Of a stretch of 64,000 bases of DNA, positions 8,355 through 17,117 are shown piece by piece (position 1 is the first letter of the stretch; every line of letters starts with the position of its first letter). The stretch lies in the NCBI GenBank assembly GCA_945898015.1, contig CAMDGM010000011.1, positions 3,200-67,199 of the forward strand. Direction: 5' to 3'. This DNA is from PVC group bacterium. Lineage in GTDB: Bacteria; Verrucomicrobiota; Kiritimatiellia; CAIKKV01. A program made the translations under genes and the position numbers. The notes under the pieces were generated by a model. The model did no database searches. It saw nothing but the letters and a program-made list of their open reading frames with translations, and was not told where the DNA came from.

Positions 8355-9737
8355 ATGAACCCGCCCGATCCGGCGCCGGTCATGCCTCGCGGCGTGACCA
8401 ACGCCTATTTATTCCAGATTTTCAACTCCACCTCCTGGTCCCTCATTGTGGGCACCCCCATGCTCCTGTTCCTCAAGAACCTGGGCGCGTCGGGCACCGT
8501 CCTGGGCCTCACGGTGGCCCTGCTGCCTCTCTTCAGCGTGCTCCAGATCCCCGCCGCCGATTACGTGGAACGCATCGGCTACAAGCATTTCGTGGTCCAG
8601 GGCTGGGCCTCGCGGAGCATCTTCATTCTCGGGATCATGATCGCCGCCTTCCTGCCTCCCGAGTTCAGCCCCCGCTTCCGCATCACCGTCATCCTGGTCA
8701 TGCTCGCCTGTTTCGCCATCACCCGCGGCATTTCCGTCTGCGGCTACACGCCCTGGATCACCCAGCTCGTGCCCGAAACGCTGCGGGGCACCTACATCTC
8801 CCGCGACACCATGTGCATGTTCATCGCCCTCACCGGCACCATGCTGCTCTCCAGCTGGTGGGTCAGCGCCTTCCCCTCGAGCCGCGCCTTCGGCTTCCTC
8901 TTCGCCCTCAGCTACCTCGCCGCCCTGACCAGCGTCATCTTCCTGCGCCGCATCCCGGACATCCAAACCGTGAAGCCCTCCGCCAACGCCATCCGCCCCC
9001 CCTGGAAGGCCATGATCTTCCACCCGCCTTTCTTCCGGTTTGTCCTGTTCAACGTGGGGTATAACCTGTTCGGCTCGGCCCTGAGCGTCATCTGGGTCCC
9101 CCTTATGAAAGACGGCTTGCACGCCTCCGGCTCCCTGATCCTCGGGCTCACGGCCTACTCCAGCATCATCTGCGCCGGGGTCTCCCTGGTCACGGGCCCC
9201 ATTGCCGATCGCACGGGCAGCCGCCCCCTCATGGCTTTCGCCTGCACCCTCATCCTCTTCAGCCAGACCTACTGGATGCTGATCGCCGCCGGGGTCCTGC
9301 CCAACCACACCGGACTGCTCTTCCTGATCATTCCCTTCGGTGCCACCGGCTACACCATCCTCGGGCTCGCCAGCACCCGCCTGCTGATGGGAATCGTGCC
9401 CGCCCTGGGGCGGAGCCACTTCTTTGCCATCTCCAGCGTCGCCACCAGCCTCACGCTGGGCCTGATGCCCATCCTGTGGGGACTCGCCTTCGATGGACTG
9501 GAACGCCTCATCCCCGCCGGGTTCACTTTCGTTCCCGGCTGGAACTGGAACGCGTTCAGCCTGTTTTATGCGTGGGTGATCATCGGAACGCTGGCCGCCC
9601 AGTTCCTGCGCCACCGGCTGGACGAACCCCGCGCCATGTCAACCGAGGAGTTCATGCGCATCCTCCTGGTCCAGACGCCCACCCGGCTGGCCAGCCGGAT
9701 GATCATGCCCTTCCGCCGCTTCCTCCCGCCGGGCTGA
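8355..9737 (+). CDS. MFS transporter
   Basis: About 12 hydrophobic segments with typical MFS loop spacing. I prefer the ATG at 8355 (MNPPDPAP) over the track start at 8292. Confidence 0.75.
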   Translation: MNPPDPAPVMPRGVTNAYLFQIFNSTSWSLIVGTPMLLFLKNLGASGTVLGLTVALLPLFSVLQIPAADYVERIGYKHFVVQGWASRSIFILGIMIAAFLPPEFSPRFRITVILVMLACFAITRGISVCGYTPWITQLVPETLRGTYISRDTMCMFIALTGTMLLSSWWVSAFPSSRAFGFLFALSYLAALTSVIFLRRIPDIQTVKPSANAIRPPWKAMIFHPPFFRFVLFNVGYNLFGSALSVIWVPLMKDGLHASGSLILGLTAYSSIICAGVSLVTGPIADRTGSRPLMAFACTLILFSQTYWMLIAAGVLPNHTGLLFLIIPFGATGYTILGLASTRLLMGIVPALGRSHFFAISSVATSLTLGLMPILWGLAFDGLERLIPAGFTFVPGWNWNAFSLFYAWVIIGTLAAQFLRHRLDEPRAMSTEEFMRILLVQTPTRLASRMIMPFRRFLPPG

Positions 9738-9741
9738 CCCT

Positions 9742-10650
9742 TCACGCCGGCCACGCCAGGTGCCCGTGACTGTGAAACGCGCGGGATTCGCCGGTGACCG
9801 GATCCTCGAACGCCAGGTCACGGGCCAGCAGAAGCAGGGGCGGCTCCAGCCCCGTCTTGGGTTCCTCGTGCAGGTCGGGATACAGCCAATCGTTCACGAT
9901 CGGACAGCCGATCCGCGCCATGTGCACCCGGATCTGGTGCTGCTTGCCGGTCTGCGGCTCGATCTCGAACCGCCCGAAGCCGACCCGGGTTTCGATTATA
10001 CGGATCCGGGTCCGGGCATTGACCACGCCCTCGACCTCCCGAACCCGGAACCAGGGCTCCCCTTTCTCGATCCGGCCTTCCACGGTCCAGGCGGTGCGCC
10101 CATCGGAAGGGGCCCGGGCGATCGCCTCATAGCGCTTGGTCACGCGGCCCTTCATGAACAGGCCCCCATACCGGGCCCGCGTCCCGGGATCGACCGAAAA
10201 CAGGACCAGCCCCGCCGTTTCCCGATCCAGCCGGTGGAGCGGAACCAGATGCTCGCAGCCCGTTTTCCGCATCAGGCGATAGAGCAGGCATTCATTCACC
10301 CAGGGGCCCGACGGGATCACCGGCAAATAATGGGGCTTGTCCGCCACCAGCAGGCGGTCATCCTGGAAGAGGATCGTTTCCTCAAACGGAATCACCGGCT
10401 CCACCGCCACTTCGCGACGGTAATGCAGGCGCATCCGGGGCCGGTAGGGCGTTTCCACCCCCACCGCCGCACCGTGATCGTCCGCCACCGCCCCCGCCTC
10501 CAGCCGCCGGCGCCAAACCTCCCGCCCCACCTGGGGGAAGCGGCTGTCCAGGAAATCCAGCAGCGCCGGAAAAGGCGGCGCCACCTCCGGCAGAGTCACG
10601 GTGGACGCCCGGGGCGCCCGGCTGGCGGCAGGCTCTGACATAATGACCAC
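9742..10650 (-). CDS. RluA-family pseudouridine synthase
   Basis: Contains the HRLDRETAGLVLF catalytic-Asp motif and GKQHQIRVH near the C-terminus. Confidence 0.85.
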   Translation of the reverse strand: MVIMSEPAASRAPRASTVTLPEVAPPFPALLDFLDSRFPQVGREVWRRRLEAGAVADDHGAAVGVETPYRPRMRLHYRREVAVEPVIPFEETILFQDDRLLVADKPHYLPVIPSGPWVNECLLYRLMRKTGCEHLVPLHRLDRETAGLVLFSVDPGTRARYGGLFMKGRVTKRYEAIARAPSDGRTAWTVEGRIEKGEPWFRVREVEGVVNARTRIRIIETRVGFGRFEIEPQTGKQHQIRVHMARIGCPIVNDWLYPDLHEEPKTGLEPPLLLLARDLAFEDPVTGESRAFHSHGHLAWPA

Positions 10651-11079
10651 TCTACCACAGCCTCATTTTTTGGCCATCGCCTTTTCGACTTCCAGAAGGC
10701 GGACGTTTTTCATGTATGGCATGCAGGGGCTTTGCCGCGCTTCTCCATGGCCGCCCACAATAACCACTCGCAGGAAGAAGACCGCTTCATCCTCATGGGG
10801 TTCAGCGCCAAGTTGATCAACCTGTATCTTCGCGACTGCGCCCATTCAAGGAAGAAATTGGCCTTGCGATGGGCATCATAACAGAAATTGATTTGACGCA
10901 AGGACGCGAAGCGAGAGAATTATTGAAAAGGATCCGAACCCGGCTTGGGGAGGAACGGCTTTAGCGGCGGCGTATTACTCCGCCCTCAGACAGCCATACC
11001 GGCGGCGAAGGGACTCGCCGCCCTACCCGATCCACAAACATGACGAGGACGCTCAACCATAATAACACAAAATGCGCTG

Positions 11080-11108
11080 TTGACTTTCCGGCGCCGAATC
11101 TCTATATT
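11080..11108 (+). promoter_or_regulatory. sigma70-like promoter for rplU-rpmA (TTGACT-17-TATATT)
   Basis: Hexamers and the 17-nt spacer read directly. The element lies 43 nt upstream of the rplU ATG, which has an AAGGCGGCAGG RBS region. Confidence 0.5.
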
Positions 11109-11150
11109 TTTTAGTCCTATTTGAAAATCAACTAAGGCGGCAGGTGATCC

Positions 11151-11465
11151 ATGGAAGCGTATGCGGTAATTCAAACCGGCGGCAAGCAGTATATGGTCCG
11201 CAAGGGCGAGATCATCAAGATCGAACATCTGGAAGCGGAAAAGGGCAACGCGGTGGAGTTCAAGAACGTCCTCGCGTTCCATGACGGCACCACCATCAAG
11301 ATCGGCGCCCCCGAACTGGCCGGCGCGTCCGTCAAGGCGGAGATCGTGGACCAGATGCTGGACGACAAGATCGTGTCGTTCAAGAAGCACCGCCGCAAAG
11401 GCTATTCCCGCAAGGTCGGCCACCGGCAGGAATTGACCGTCGTCCGCATCGCCGAACTGGCGTAA
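11151..11465 (+). CDS. rplU: 50S ribosomal protein L21
   Basis: The N-terminus MEAYAVIQTGGKQYMVRKGE is the canonical L21 N-terminus. Confidence 0.97.
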   Translation: MEAYAVIQTGGKQYMVRKGEIIKIEHLEAEKGNAVEFKNVLAFHDGTTIKIGAPELAGASVKAEIVDQMLDDKIVSFKKHRRKGYSRKVGHRQELTVVRIAELA

Positions 11466-11498
11466 CCTCATTCAAGGCATCAGGGAGAAAACACACCC

Positions 11499-11756
11499 AT
11501 GGCAACTAAAAAAGCAAGTGGAAGCGGAAAAAACGGACGCGACAGCCAATCCAAGCGGCTGGGCGTGAAATGTCACGATGGACAACCCGTCACCGCCGGC
11601 AGCATCCTCATCCGCCAGCGCGGGACCAAGACCCACCCCGGCAACAACACCAAGCGGGGCAAGGACGACACCCTGTTCTCCCTGATTGACGGCAAGGTCA
11701 AATTCGAGAAATCCGGCGCCCGCGTCTCCGTCTATGCGGTCACGGCACAGGCCTAG
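11499..11756 (+). CDS. rpmA: 50S ribosomal protein L27
   Basis: The sequence [24 protein letters not shown]...RQRGTK.HPG is canonical L27. Confidence 0.97.
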   Translation: MATKKASGSGKNGRDSQSKRLGVKCHDGQPVTAGSILIRQRGTKTHPGNNTKRGKDDTLFSLIDGKVKFEKSGARVSVYAVTAQA

Positions 11757-11769
11757 ACCTGTCCGGCCG

Positions 11770-11818
11770 GGCGGCGTCATGATCCCGCAAGGGCATTGTG
11801 TCGCCGCCTTTTGTTTTT
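11770..11818 (+). terminator. intrinsic terminator/attenuator between rpmA and obg
   Basis: GGCGGCG...CGCCGCC stem with an imperfect extension and an inner CCC-GCAA-GGG tip. It is followed by TTTTGTTTTT and lies 19 nt before the obg ATG. Confidence 0.6.
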
Positions 11819-11836
11819 CAGGCTGAAAGGGCCGCC

Positions 11837-12916
11837 ATGAAACTGCACAAGTTCATCGATCACGTCAAAATCTACGTCCTGGGCGGAGACGGCGGCAACG
11901 GATGCACCAGCTTCCGGCGCGAGAAATACGTCCCCCTGGGCGGACCCGACGGCGGCGACGGCGGCATCGGCGGCAGCGTCATCCTCAGGGCTGATGCGGA
12001 CTCGGACTCCCTCCTCAAGCTCTATTACCAGCCCCACCAGAAGGCCGGGCCCGGCATTTCCGGAAAAGGCCAGCAGATGTACGGCCATAACGGCGCGGAC
12101 TGCCTCGTCCCCGTTCCCTGCGGCACCGAAGTGTGGGATTTCGACACGAATGTCCTGCTGGCTGACCTGCTCAACCCCGGCGACACCCTCGTGGTCGCCA
12201 AGGGCGGCACCGGCGGATTGGGAAACATCCACTTTTCCACCAGCACCAACCGCGCACCCCGCGAGCACACCGACGGCAAGCCGGGCGAGGCCCGCACCCT
12301 GCGCCTCGAGCTCAAGCTGGCGGCCGATGCCGGCCTCGTGGGCTATCCCAACGCCGGCAAGTCCTCCCTGCTGACCGCCATCAGCCACGCCCACCCCCGG
12401 ATCGCACCCTACCCCTTCACCACCATCAACCCGATCATCGGCACCGTGATCTTCGACGATTTCACCAAAATCCGGGTCGCCGATGTGCCCGGCATCATCG
12501 AAAACGCGCACCTGGGCATCGGCCTGGGCGTGGATTTCCTGCGCCATGTCGAACGCGCCGGCGTCCTCGTCCACATCGTGGACATGGCCGGCTCGGAAGG
12601 CCGTGATCCGGTGGACGATTTCCGGAAAATCCGGGAAGAAATCAAGCTCTACAAGGCGGAACTGGCTGAACGTCCGTTCATGGTCGTCGCCAACAAAATG
12701 GACCTGCCCGAAGCCGCGGAGCACCTGAAGAGCTTCAAGCGCAAGACGCGCACCAAGCCCCTCAAAATGTCCGCCATGACCCGGGACGGCGTTCCTGAAT
12801 TTCTCGCGGCCCTGCGGGCGATGATCGACCAAAACCGCCCCGCCAAAACCTATCATCCCCAATCGGGGAAAAGCCGGTCCACCAGCGATAATCCGCCGGT
12901 CGCCCCCGCGCCCTGA
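11837..12916 (+). CDS. obg: GTPase Obg/CgtA
   Basis: Contains FIDHVKIYVLGGDGGNGCTSFRREKYVPLGGPDGGDGG (Obg fold), G1 GYPNAGKSS and G3 DVPG. The start is taken at the ATG at 11837, inside track ORF 11798. Confidence 0.95.
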   Translation: MKLHKFIDHVKIYVLGGDGGNGCTSFRREKYVPLGGPDGGDGGIGGSVILRADADSDSLLKLYYQPHQKAGPGISGKGQQMYGHNGADCLVPVPCGTEVWDFDTNVLLADLLNPGDTLVVAKGGTGGLGNIHFSTSTNRAPREHTDGKPGEARTLRLELKLAADAGLVGYPNAGKSSLLTAISHAHPRIAPYPFTTINPIIGTVIFDDFTKIRVADVPGIIENAHLGIGLGVDFLRHVERAGVLVHIVDMAGSEGRDPVDDFRKIREEIKLYKAELAERPFMVVANKMDLPEAAEHLKSFKRKTRTKPLKMSAMTRDGVPEFLAALRAMIDQNRPAKTYHPQSGKSRSTSDNPPVAPAP

Positions 12917-13849
12917 TCACCGGAACGCCATGACGGCGTCCAGTGAATCCGCCCCGGCCAGCAGCATGGCCAACCGGTCCACCCCCAGCGCCGCGCCTCC
13001 GCAGGCCGGCATGCCGGATTTCAATGCGCTCAGGAAATCCGGGTCCACCGGATAAACCGGTTTGCCCAACTGCCGGCGCGCCTCCGCGCATTCGCGGAAT
13101 CGATTCTCCTGCTCCGTCGCATCCGTCAACTCGGTATACGCATTGGCCAGTTCGACGCCGCCCACATAGAGCTCCCACCGTTCAGCAACGCGCGGATCGG
13201 CCGGGTCCAGGCGCGACAGGGCCGCTGCGGCCGCCGGATAGCCGGCCAGCACGCACGGCCGGTCCAGGGGCAACGCCGGCTCCACCTTGCGCATCAAATC
13301 CAGCTCAAAGCGATCCGCCTCATACGCCGCCACCGGATCCCATCCCGCAAAGCGGGTGAAGGCGTCGGAAACCGTGATCACCGGCCACTCGCCGCCCACC
13401 GCCACCGGGCCGGTTCGCGCCGGAATAACGTCGCCTCCCACCGTGTCCCGGACCGCCTGGCGCAGCAAAGCCTGAGTGTCCTCCAGAATACCGCGGCTGT
13501 CCGTGCCCGTGCGGTACCATTCCAGCATGGTGTATTCAGGATGATGAAGGCGGCCGCATTCGCCCATCCGGAAACAGGGCCCCATCTGGAACAGGCGGGT
13601 ATAGCCGGCTGCCAGCAGCCGTTTCATGTGCAATTCCGGGGAAGTGCGGAGCCAGGCAGAACCCGATGGCTCGGCATCGATATGAAGTTCAAGCGCCGGA
13701 GTCGCGACACGGACGGGCGTTTCAATTTCCAGAAATCCACGGGCCGTGAAAAAGGAACGGATCGACGCCAGCAACCGGGCACGGCATTCCAGCGCGGGCC
13801 GCTTGGCGGCCAGGGCTTCCCGCTCTCCCGGATCGGAGGCCGGATCCAT
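12917..13849 (-). CDS. epmA: EF-P--(R)-beta-lysine ligase EpmA (PoxA/GenX, class II LysRS paralog)
   Basis: Contains FLEIETPV, LRTSPELHMKRLLAAGYTRLFQMGPCFR, EYTMLEWY and a C-terminal GGAALGVDRL motif. It is about 310 aa without an anticodon-binding domain and lies directly downstream of efp. Confidence 0.85.
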   Translation of the reverse strand: MDPASDPGEREALAAKRPALECRARLLASIRSFFTARGFLEIETPVRVATPALELHIDAEPSGSAWLRTSPELHMKRLLAAGYTRLFQMGPCFRMGECGRLHHPEYTMLEWYRTGTDSRGILEDTQALLRQAVRDTVGGDVIPARTGPVAVGGEWPVITVSDAFTRFAGWDPVAAYEADRFELDLMRKVEPALPLDRPCVLAGYPAAAAALSRLDPADPRVAERWELYVGGVELANAYTELTDATEQENRFRECAEARRQLGKPVYPVDPDFLSALKSGMPACGGAALGVDRLAMLLAGADSLDAVMAFR

Positions 13850-14412
13850 TATTTCAGCACGCGTTCCACAAAGGTGCCGGTCCGGGTGTCGATCTTGATC
13901 TTCTCGCCCTGAACGCAGAACAGCGGCACCGCGATTTCGTAACCGCCCTCAATCTTGGCGGGCTTCAGCACGTTGGTGGCCGTATTGCCGCGGGCGCCGG
14001 GCTCGGTCTCGAGAATGGTCTTGATCACGAAATTGGGGAGCGTGATGTCGATCGGCTGGCCGCGATGGAACAGGACCATGCACTCGACATTATCCTGCAG
14101 GAAATATTGCTTGTCGCCCAGGATCGCGGTGGGCACCGAAACTTCCTCGAAGTTCTCGTCCGTGAAGATGAACTGGTCGTCCTTGGCATAGGAGTAGGTG
14201 ACGTTCTTCTCTTCCAACTCGGGCTTGTCGATGGTGTCATTGGAGCGGTAGGCTTTGGTCTGCGTGCCTCCGGTGACCATGTGCTTGATCCGGCAGTTGT
14301 AGATGGCGGCGCCCTTGCCCGGCTTGTAGAAGCTGAACTCCGTGATCAGGTACGGCTGTCCGTCCACTTCAACCTTCAGGCCTTTTCGCAAATCCGCGGC
14401 ATTGTATGGCAT
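13849..14412 (-). CDS. efp: elongation factor P (Lys-tip loop KPGKGAA)
   Basis: The sequence LKVEVDGQPYLITEFSFYKPGKGAAIY is canonical EF-P. The stop TAA shares a base with the epmA ATG (TAATG). Confidence 0.96.
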   Translation of the reverse strand: MPYNAADLRKGLKVEVDGQPYLITEFSFYKPGKGAAIYNCRIKHMVTGGTQTKAYRSNDTIDKPELEEKNVTYSYAKDDQFIFTDENFEEVSVPTAILGDKQYFLQDNVECMVLFHRGQPIDITLPNFVIKTILETEPGARGNTATNVLKPAKIEGGYEIAVPLFCVQGEKIKIDTRTGTFVERVLK

Positions 14413-14451
14413 ATTATCCCCAAGTTTCTCGTATTCAAAATGCGGCCATAA

Positions 14452-14479
14452 AAATTATCATAATAAAACGGAATGTCAA
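14452..14479 (-). promoter_or_regulatory. sigma70-like promoter for efp (TTGACA-16-TAATTT)
   Basis: Read on the minus strand in the AT-rich spacer, about 40 nt upstream of the efp ATG. Confidence 0.45.
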
Positions 14480-14600
14480 GAGCGCCGATTTTCATTTCTT
14501 CGATTCAGGCCATGGAAAGAGCGAAGAAGGGTTTCCTGTTCAGGCAAAACGAATTGACTCCACACAATGATATGTGTCAATGTTTACGTGGAGGTGAACG

Positions 14601-14801
14601 ATGGCGACCAATTTACAACTCGACGACCGACTGATCCAGCAAGCGGTGACGCTGGGCAAGCACCGGACCAAGAAAGCGGCCGTCACGCAAGCCCTGACCG
14701 ACTATATCGGCCATCTTCGGCAGCAAAAGGTGCTATCGATGTTTGAAAAGGTCGATATGGACTCCCGTTATGATTACAAGCGGCAGCGGAATCATTCATG
14801 A
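14601..14801 (+). CDS. vapB: type II antitoxin, VapB-like (DUF2191-type)
   Basis: 66-aa ORF (MATNLQLDDRLIQQAVTLGKHRTKKAAVTQAL) typical of this antitoxin class. It has a GGAGG RBS, and its stop overlaps the toxin ATG (ATGA). Confidence 0.75.
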   Translation: MATNLQLDDRLIQQAVTLGKHRTKKAAVTQALTDYIGHLRQQKVLSMFEKVDMDSRYDYKRQRNHS

Positions 14802-15205
14802 GAGTGCTCGTTGATACGAGTGTCTGGTCACTCGCGCTGCGCCGGGCCGGGCCTGTTCCGCATAAAGAAGCCGCGGAACTGCGACGCCTGATCGCCACCG
14901 ATCGGGTCGAGATCATGGGGCCGATCCGTCAGGAAATCCTATCCGGGGTCCGGATTCAATCCCAATTTGACCGGCTGGCCACTCACCTATCGGCTTTTCC
15001 CGACCTGCCGTTGCAGGCAGAGGACTATGAAACGGCGGCGACATTCTTCAACCTTTGTCGGGCAAAAGGCATTCAAGGATCGAACACCGACTTCCTGATC
15101 TGCGCCGCCGCCATCCGGCGCGATTGGGCCGTTTATACGACCGACGGGGATTTTCGTCAGTTTGCCAAATGCCTTCCCCTTGTCCTGCATGAAGTCAACG
15201 ATTGA
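14798..15205 (+). CDS. vapC: PIN-domain ribonuclease toxin VapC
   Basis: Starts MRVLVDTSVW with the first acidic residue; later acidic residues are spaced as in a PIN domain (TDGDF near the C-terminus). Length is 135 aa. Confidence 0.8.
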   Translation: MRVLVDTSVWSLALRRAGPVPHKEAAELRRLIATDRVEIMGPIRQEILSGVRIQSQFDRLATHLSAFPDLPLQAEDYETAATFFNLCRAKGIQGSNTDFLICAAAIRRDWAVYTTDGDFRQFAKCLPLVLHEVND

Positions 15206-15257
15206 GAGTGCACGCATCCTCGTTGCGCTCAAAGCCCGTCCAACCCTCAGTCGAACC

Positions 15258-15286
15258 TTGACTTTTCGGCCCCGGAAAGGGATAGT
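15258..15286 (+). promoter_or_regulatory. possible promoter for metXW (TTGACT-17-GATAGT)
   Basis: Hexamers read directly. The -10 element ends 35 nt before the ATG. The -10 match is weaker than in the other promoter calls. Confidence 0.3.
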
Positions 15287-15321
15287 TTTCGCTGATCAAA
15301 AACGCGCTTTGGACGTTCCTC

Positions 15322-17115
15322 ATGCCGAAAGAAAAACCCTACGATATCAGCCGTTCCGTTGGAGTCGTTCAGCCCCGCCAAGTCACGCTGGACGTTTCCC
15401 CGGACGGATTCCGCCTTGAAAGCGGGGAGACGCTCCCCGAGGTAACCGTCGCCTACGAAACCTACGGCACGCTGTCCCCCGCCAAGGACAACGCCGTCTA
15501 CCTCTGCCACGCCCTGAGCGGCGACGCCCATGCCGCCGGCTTTCACACCGAGGCCGAGATGAACGCCGCCAAACCCAAGCCGGGCTGGTGGGACCTCATG
15601 ATCGGGCCTGGAAAGCCGCTCGACACCAACCGTTTCTTCGTCATCTGCTCCAACTTCCTCGGCGGCTGCAAGGGCACCACCGGCCCCAGCTCCATCGACC
15701 CCCGCACGGGCAAGCCCTACGGTTCCCGCTTCCCCCGCATCACGGTCGGCGACATGGTGGACGTCCAGCACCGCCTGCTCACCGCCCTCGGCGTGCCCCG
15801 GCTCCTGGCCGTCATGGGCGGCTCCATGGGCGGCATGCAGGTGCTCGAGTGGAGCATCCGGTATCCCGACTTCGTGGACCGCTGCATCTGCATCGCCTCG
15901 GCCGCCAAGCTGACCTCCCAGGCCCTGGCCTTCAACGTCGTCGGCCGCCGCACCATCATGGACGATCCCGACTGGCATGGCGGCGACTACTATGCCACCG
16001 GCCGCGTTCCGGCCCACGGGCTCGCCCACGCCCGCATGATCGCCCACATCACCTATCTCTCCCCTTCCATCTTGGAGGAGAAATTCGGCCGCGACAAAAA
16101 AGCCGATTCCACCCCGGCCCGGTTTGTCTCATCCTTCCAGGTGGAAAGCTACCTGGCCTACCAGGGCGAGCAATTCGTCAAACGCTTCGACGCCAACTCC
16201 TATCTCCACATCGCCGAGGCCCTCGACTCCTACGACCTGGAGGAAAAATACGGCAACCTGGTCGAGGCCTTCCAGCGCGTCAAGGCCCGCTATCTCATCG
16301 TGGCGCTCAACACCGACTGGCTCTACACGCCTGAACAATCCCTCGAAATGGCCCAGGCCCTGCTTCATGCCGGGCGCGAAGTCAGCTACTGCCTGCTCCA
16401 GGCCGAACAGGGACACGACGCCTTCCTGCTCGACCTGCCCGAGCTTTCCAACCTCATTGGCAGCTACCTCCGCACCCCGCCCGCCCACCGGCCCGGCACC
16501 CCGGCCCCGCCGCCGCCCGAGGGAGACGAGTACCCCCTCATCCGCAAGCTCGTGGCGCCCGGCGCCCGCATCCTCGACCTGGGTTGCGGGGACGGCGAAC
16601 TGCTGGCGGCCCTCACCGCCGGATCCGGCGTACCGGGGCTCGGGATCGACATCGACATCCACCACGCCGTCGCCACCGTAGGCCGCGGCCTGCCGGTCTT
16701 CATCCAGGACATCGACGCGGGGCTCGCCATGCTCCCCGACCACTCCTACGATGTGGCCATCCTCAGCCGCACCCTGCAGGTGGTCCGCAAGCCCGACGCC
16801 GTGCTGCAGGAGATGATGCGCGTCGCCCGCCTCGGGGTGGTGACCTTCCCCAACTTCGCCAACTGGAAGCACCGCCTCCGCCTCGGGTTCGCCGGCCGCA
16901 TGCCCAAATCCGACGGGCTCCCCTTCGAATGGTACAACACCCCGAACATCCATCTCGCCACCTTGACGGATTTCCTGGCCCTATGCCGCCAGGAACGCAT
17001 CCGGTGCACCCGCCTTCACTGCGTGCCCAATGGCTGGCTCAGCAAAGTGTTTCTCGCCCTCGGCTTCCGAAACCTCGGCGCCGATGAAATCGTTGTCATG
17101 CTGGAAAGGGAATAG
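15322..17115 (+). CDS. metX: homoserine O-acetyltransferase MetX fused to MetW
   Basis: The N-terminal ~385 aa carry LCHALSGDAH, GGCKGTTGPSS and GGSMGGMQ (nucleophile elbow). A Pro-rich linker (PGTPAPPPPEG) follows. The C-terminal ~195 aa carry LDLGCGDGELL...TLQVV...FPNFANW...WYNTPNIH, typical of MetW. Confidence 0.88.
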   Translation: MPKEKPYDISRSVGVVQPRQVTLDVSPDGFRLESGETLPEVTVAYETYGTLSPAKDNAVYLCHALSGDAHAAGFHTEAEMNAAKPKPGWWDLMIGPGKPLDTNRFFVICSNFLGGCKGTTGPSSIDPRTGKPYGSRFPRITVGDMVDVQHRLLTALGVPRLLAVMGGSMGGMQVLEWSIRYPDFVDRCICIASAAKLTSQALAFNVVGRRTIMDDPDWHGGDYYATGRVPAHGLAHARMIAHITYLSPSILEEKFGRDKKADSTPARFVSSFQVESYLAYQGEQFVKRFDANSYLHIAEALDSYDLEEKYGNLVEAFQRVKARYLIVALNTDWLYTPEQSLEMAQALLHAGREVSYCLLQAEQGHDAFLLDLPELSNLIGSYLRTPPAHRPGTPAPPPPEGDEYPLIRKLVAPGARILDLGCGDGELLAALTAGSGVPGLGIDIDIHHAVATVGRGLPVFIQDIDAGLAMLPDHSYDVAILSRTLQVVRKPDAVLQEMMRVARLGVVTFPNFANWKHRLRLGFAGRMPKSDGLPFEWYNTPNIHLATLTDFLALCRQERIRCTRLHCVPNGWLSKVFLALGFRNLGADEIVVMLERE

Positions 17116-17117
17116 TC

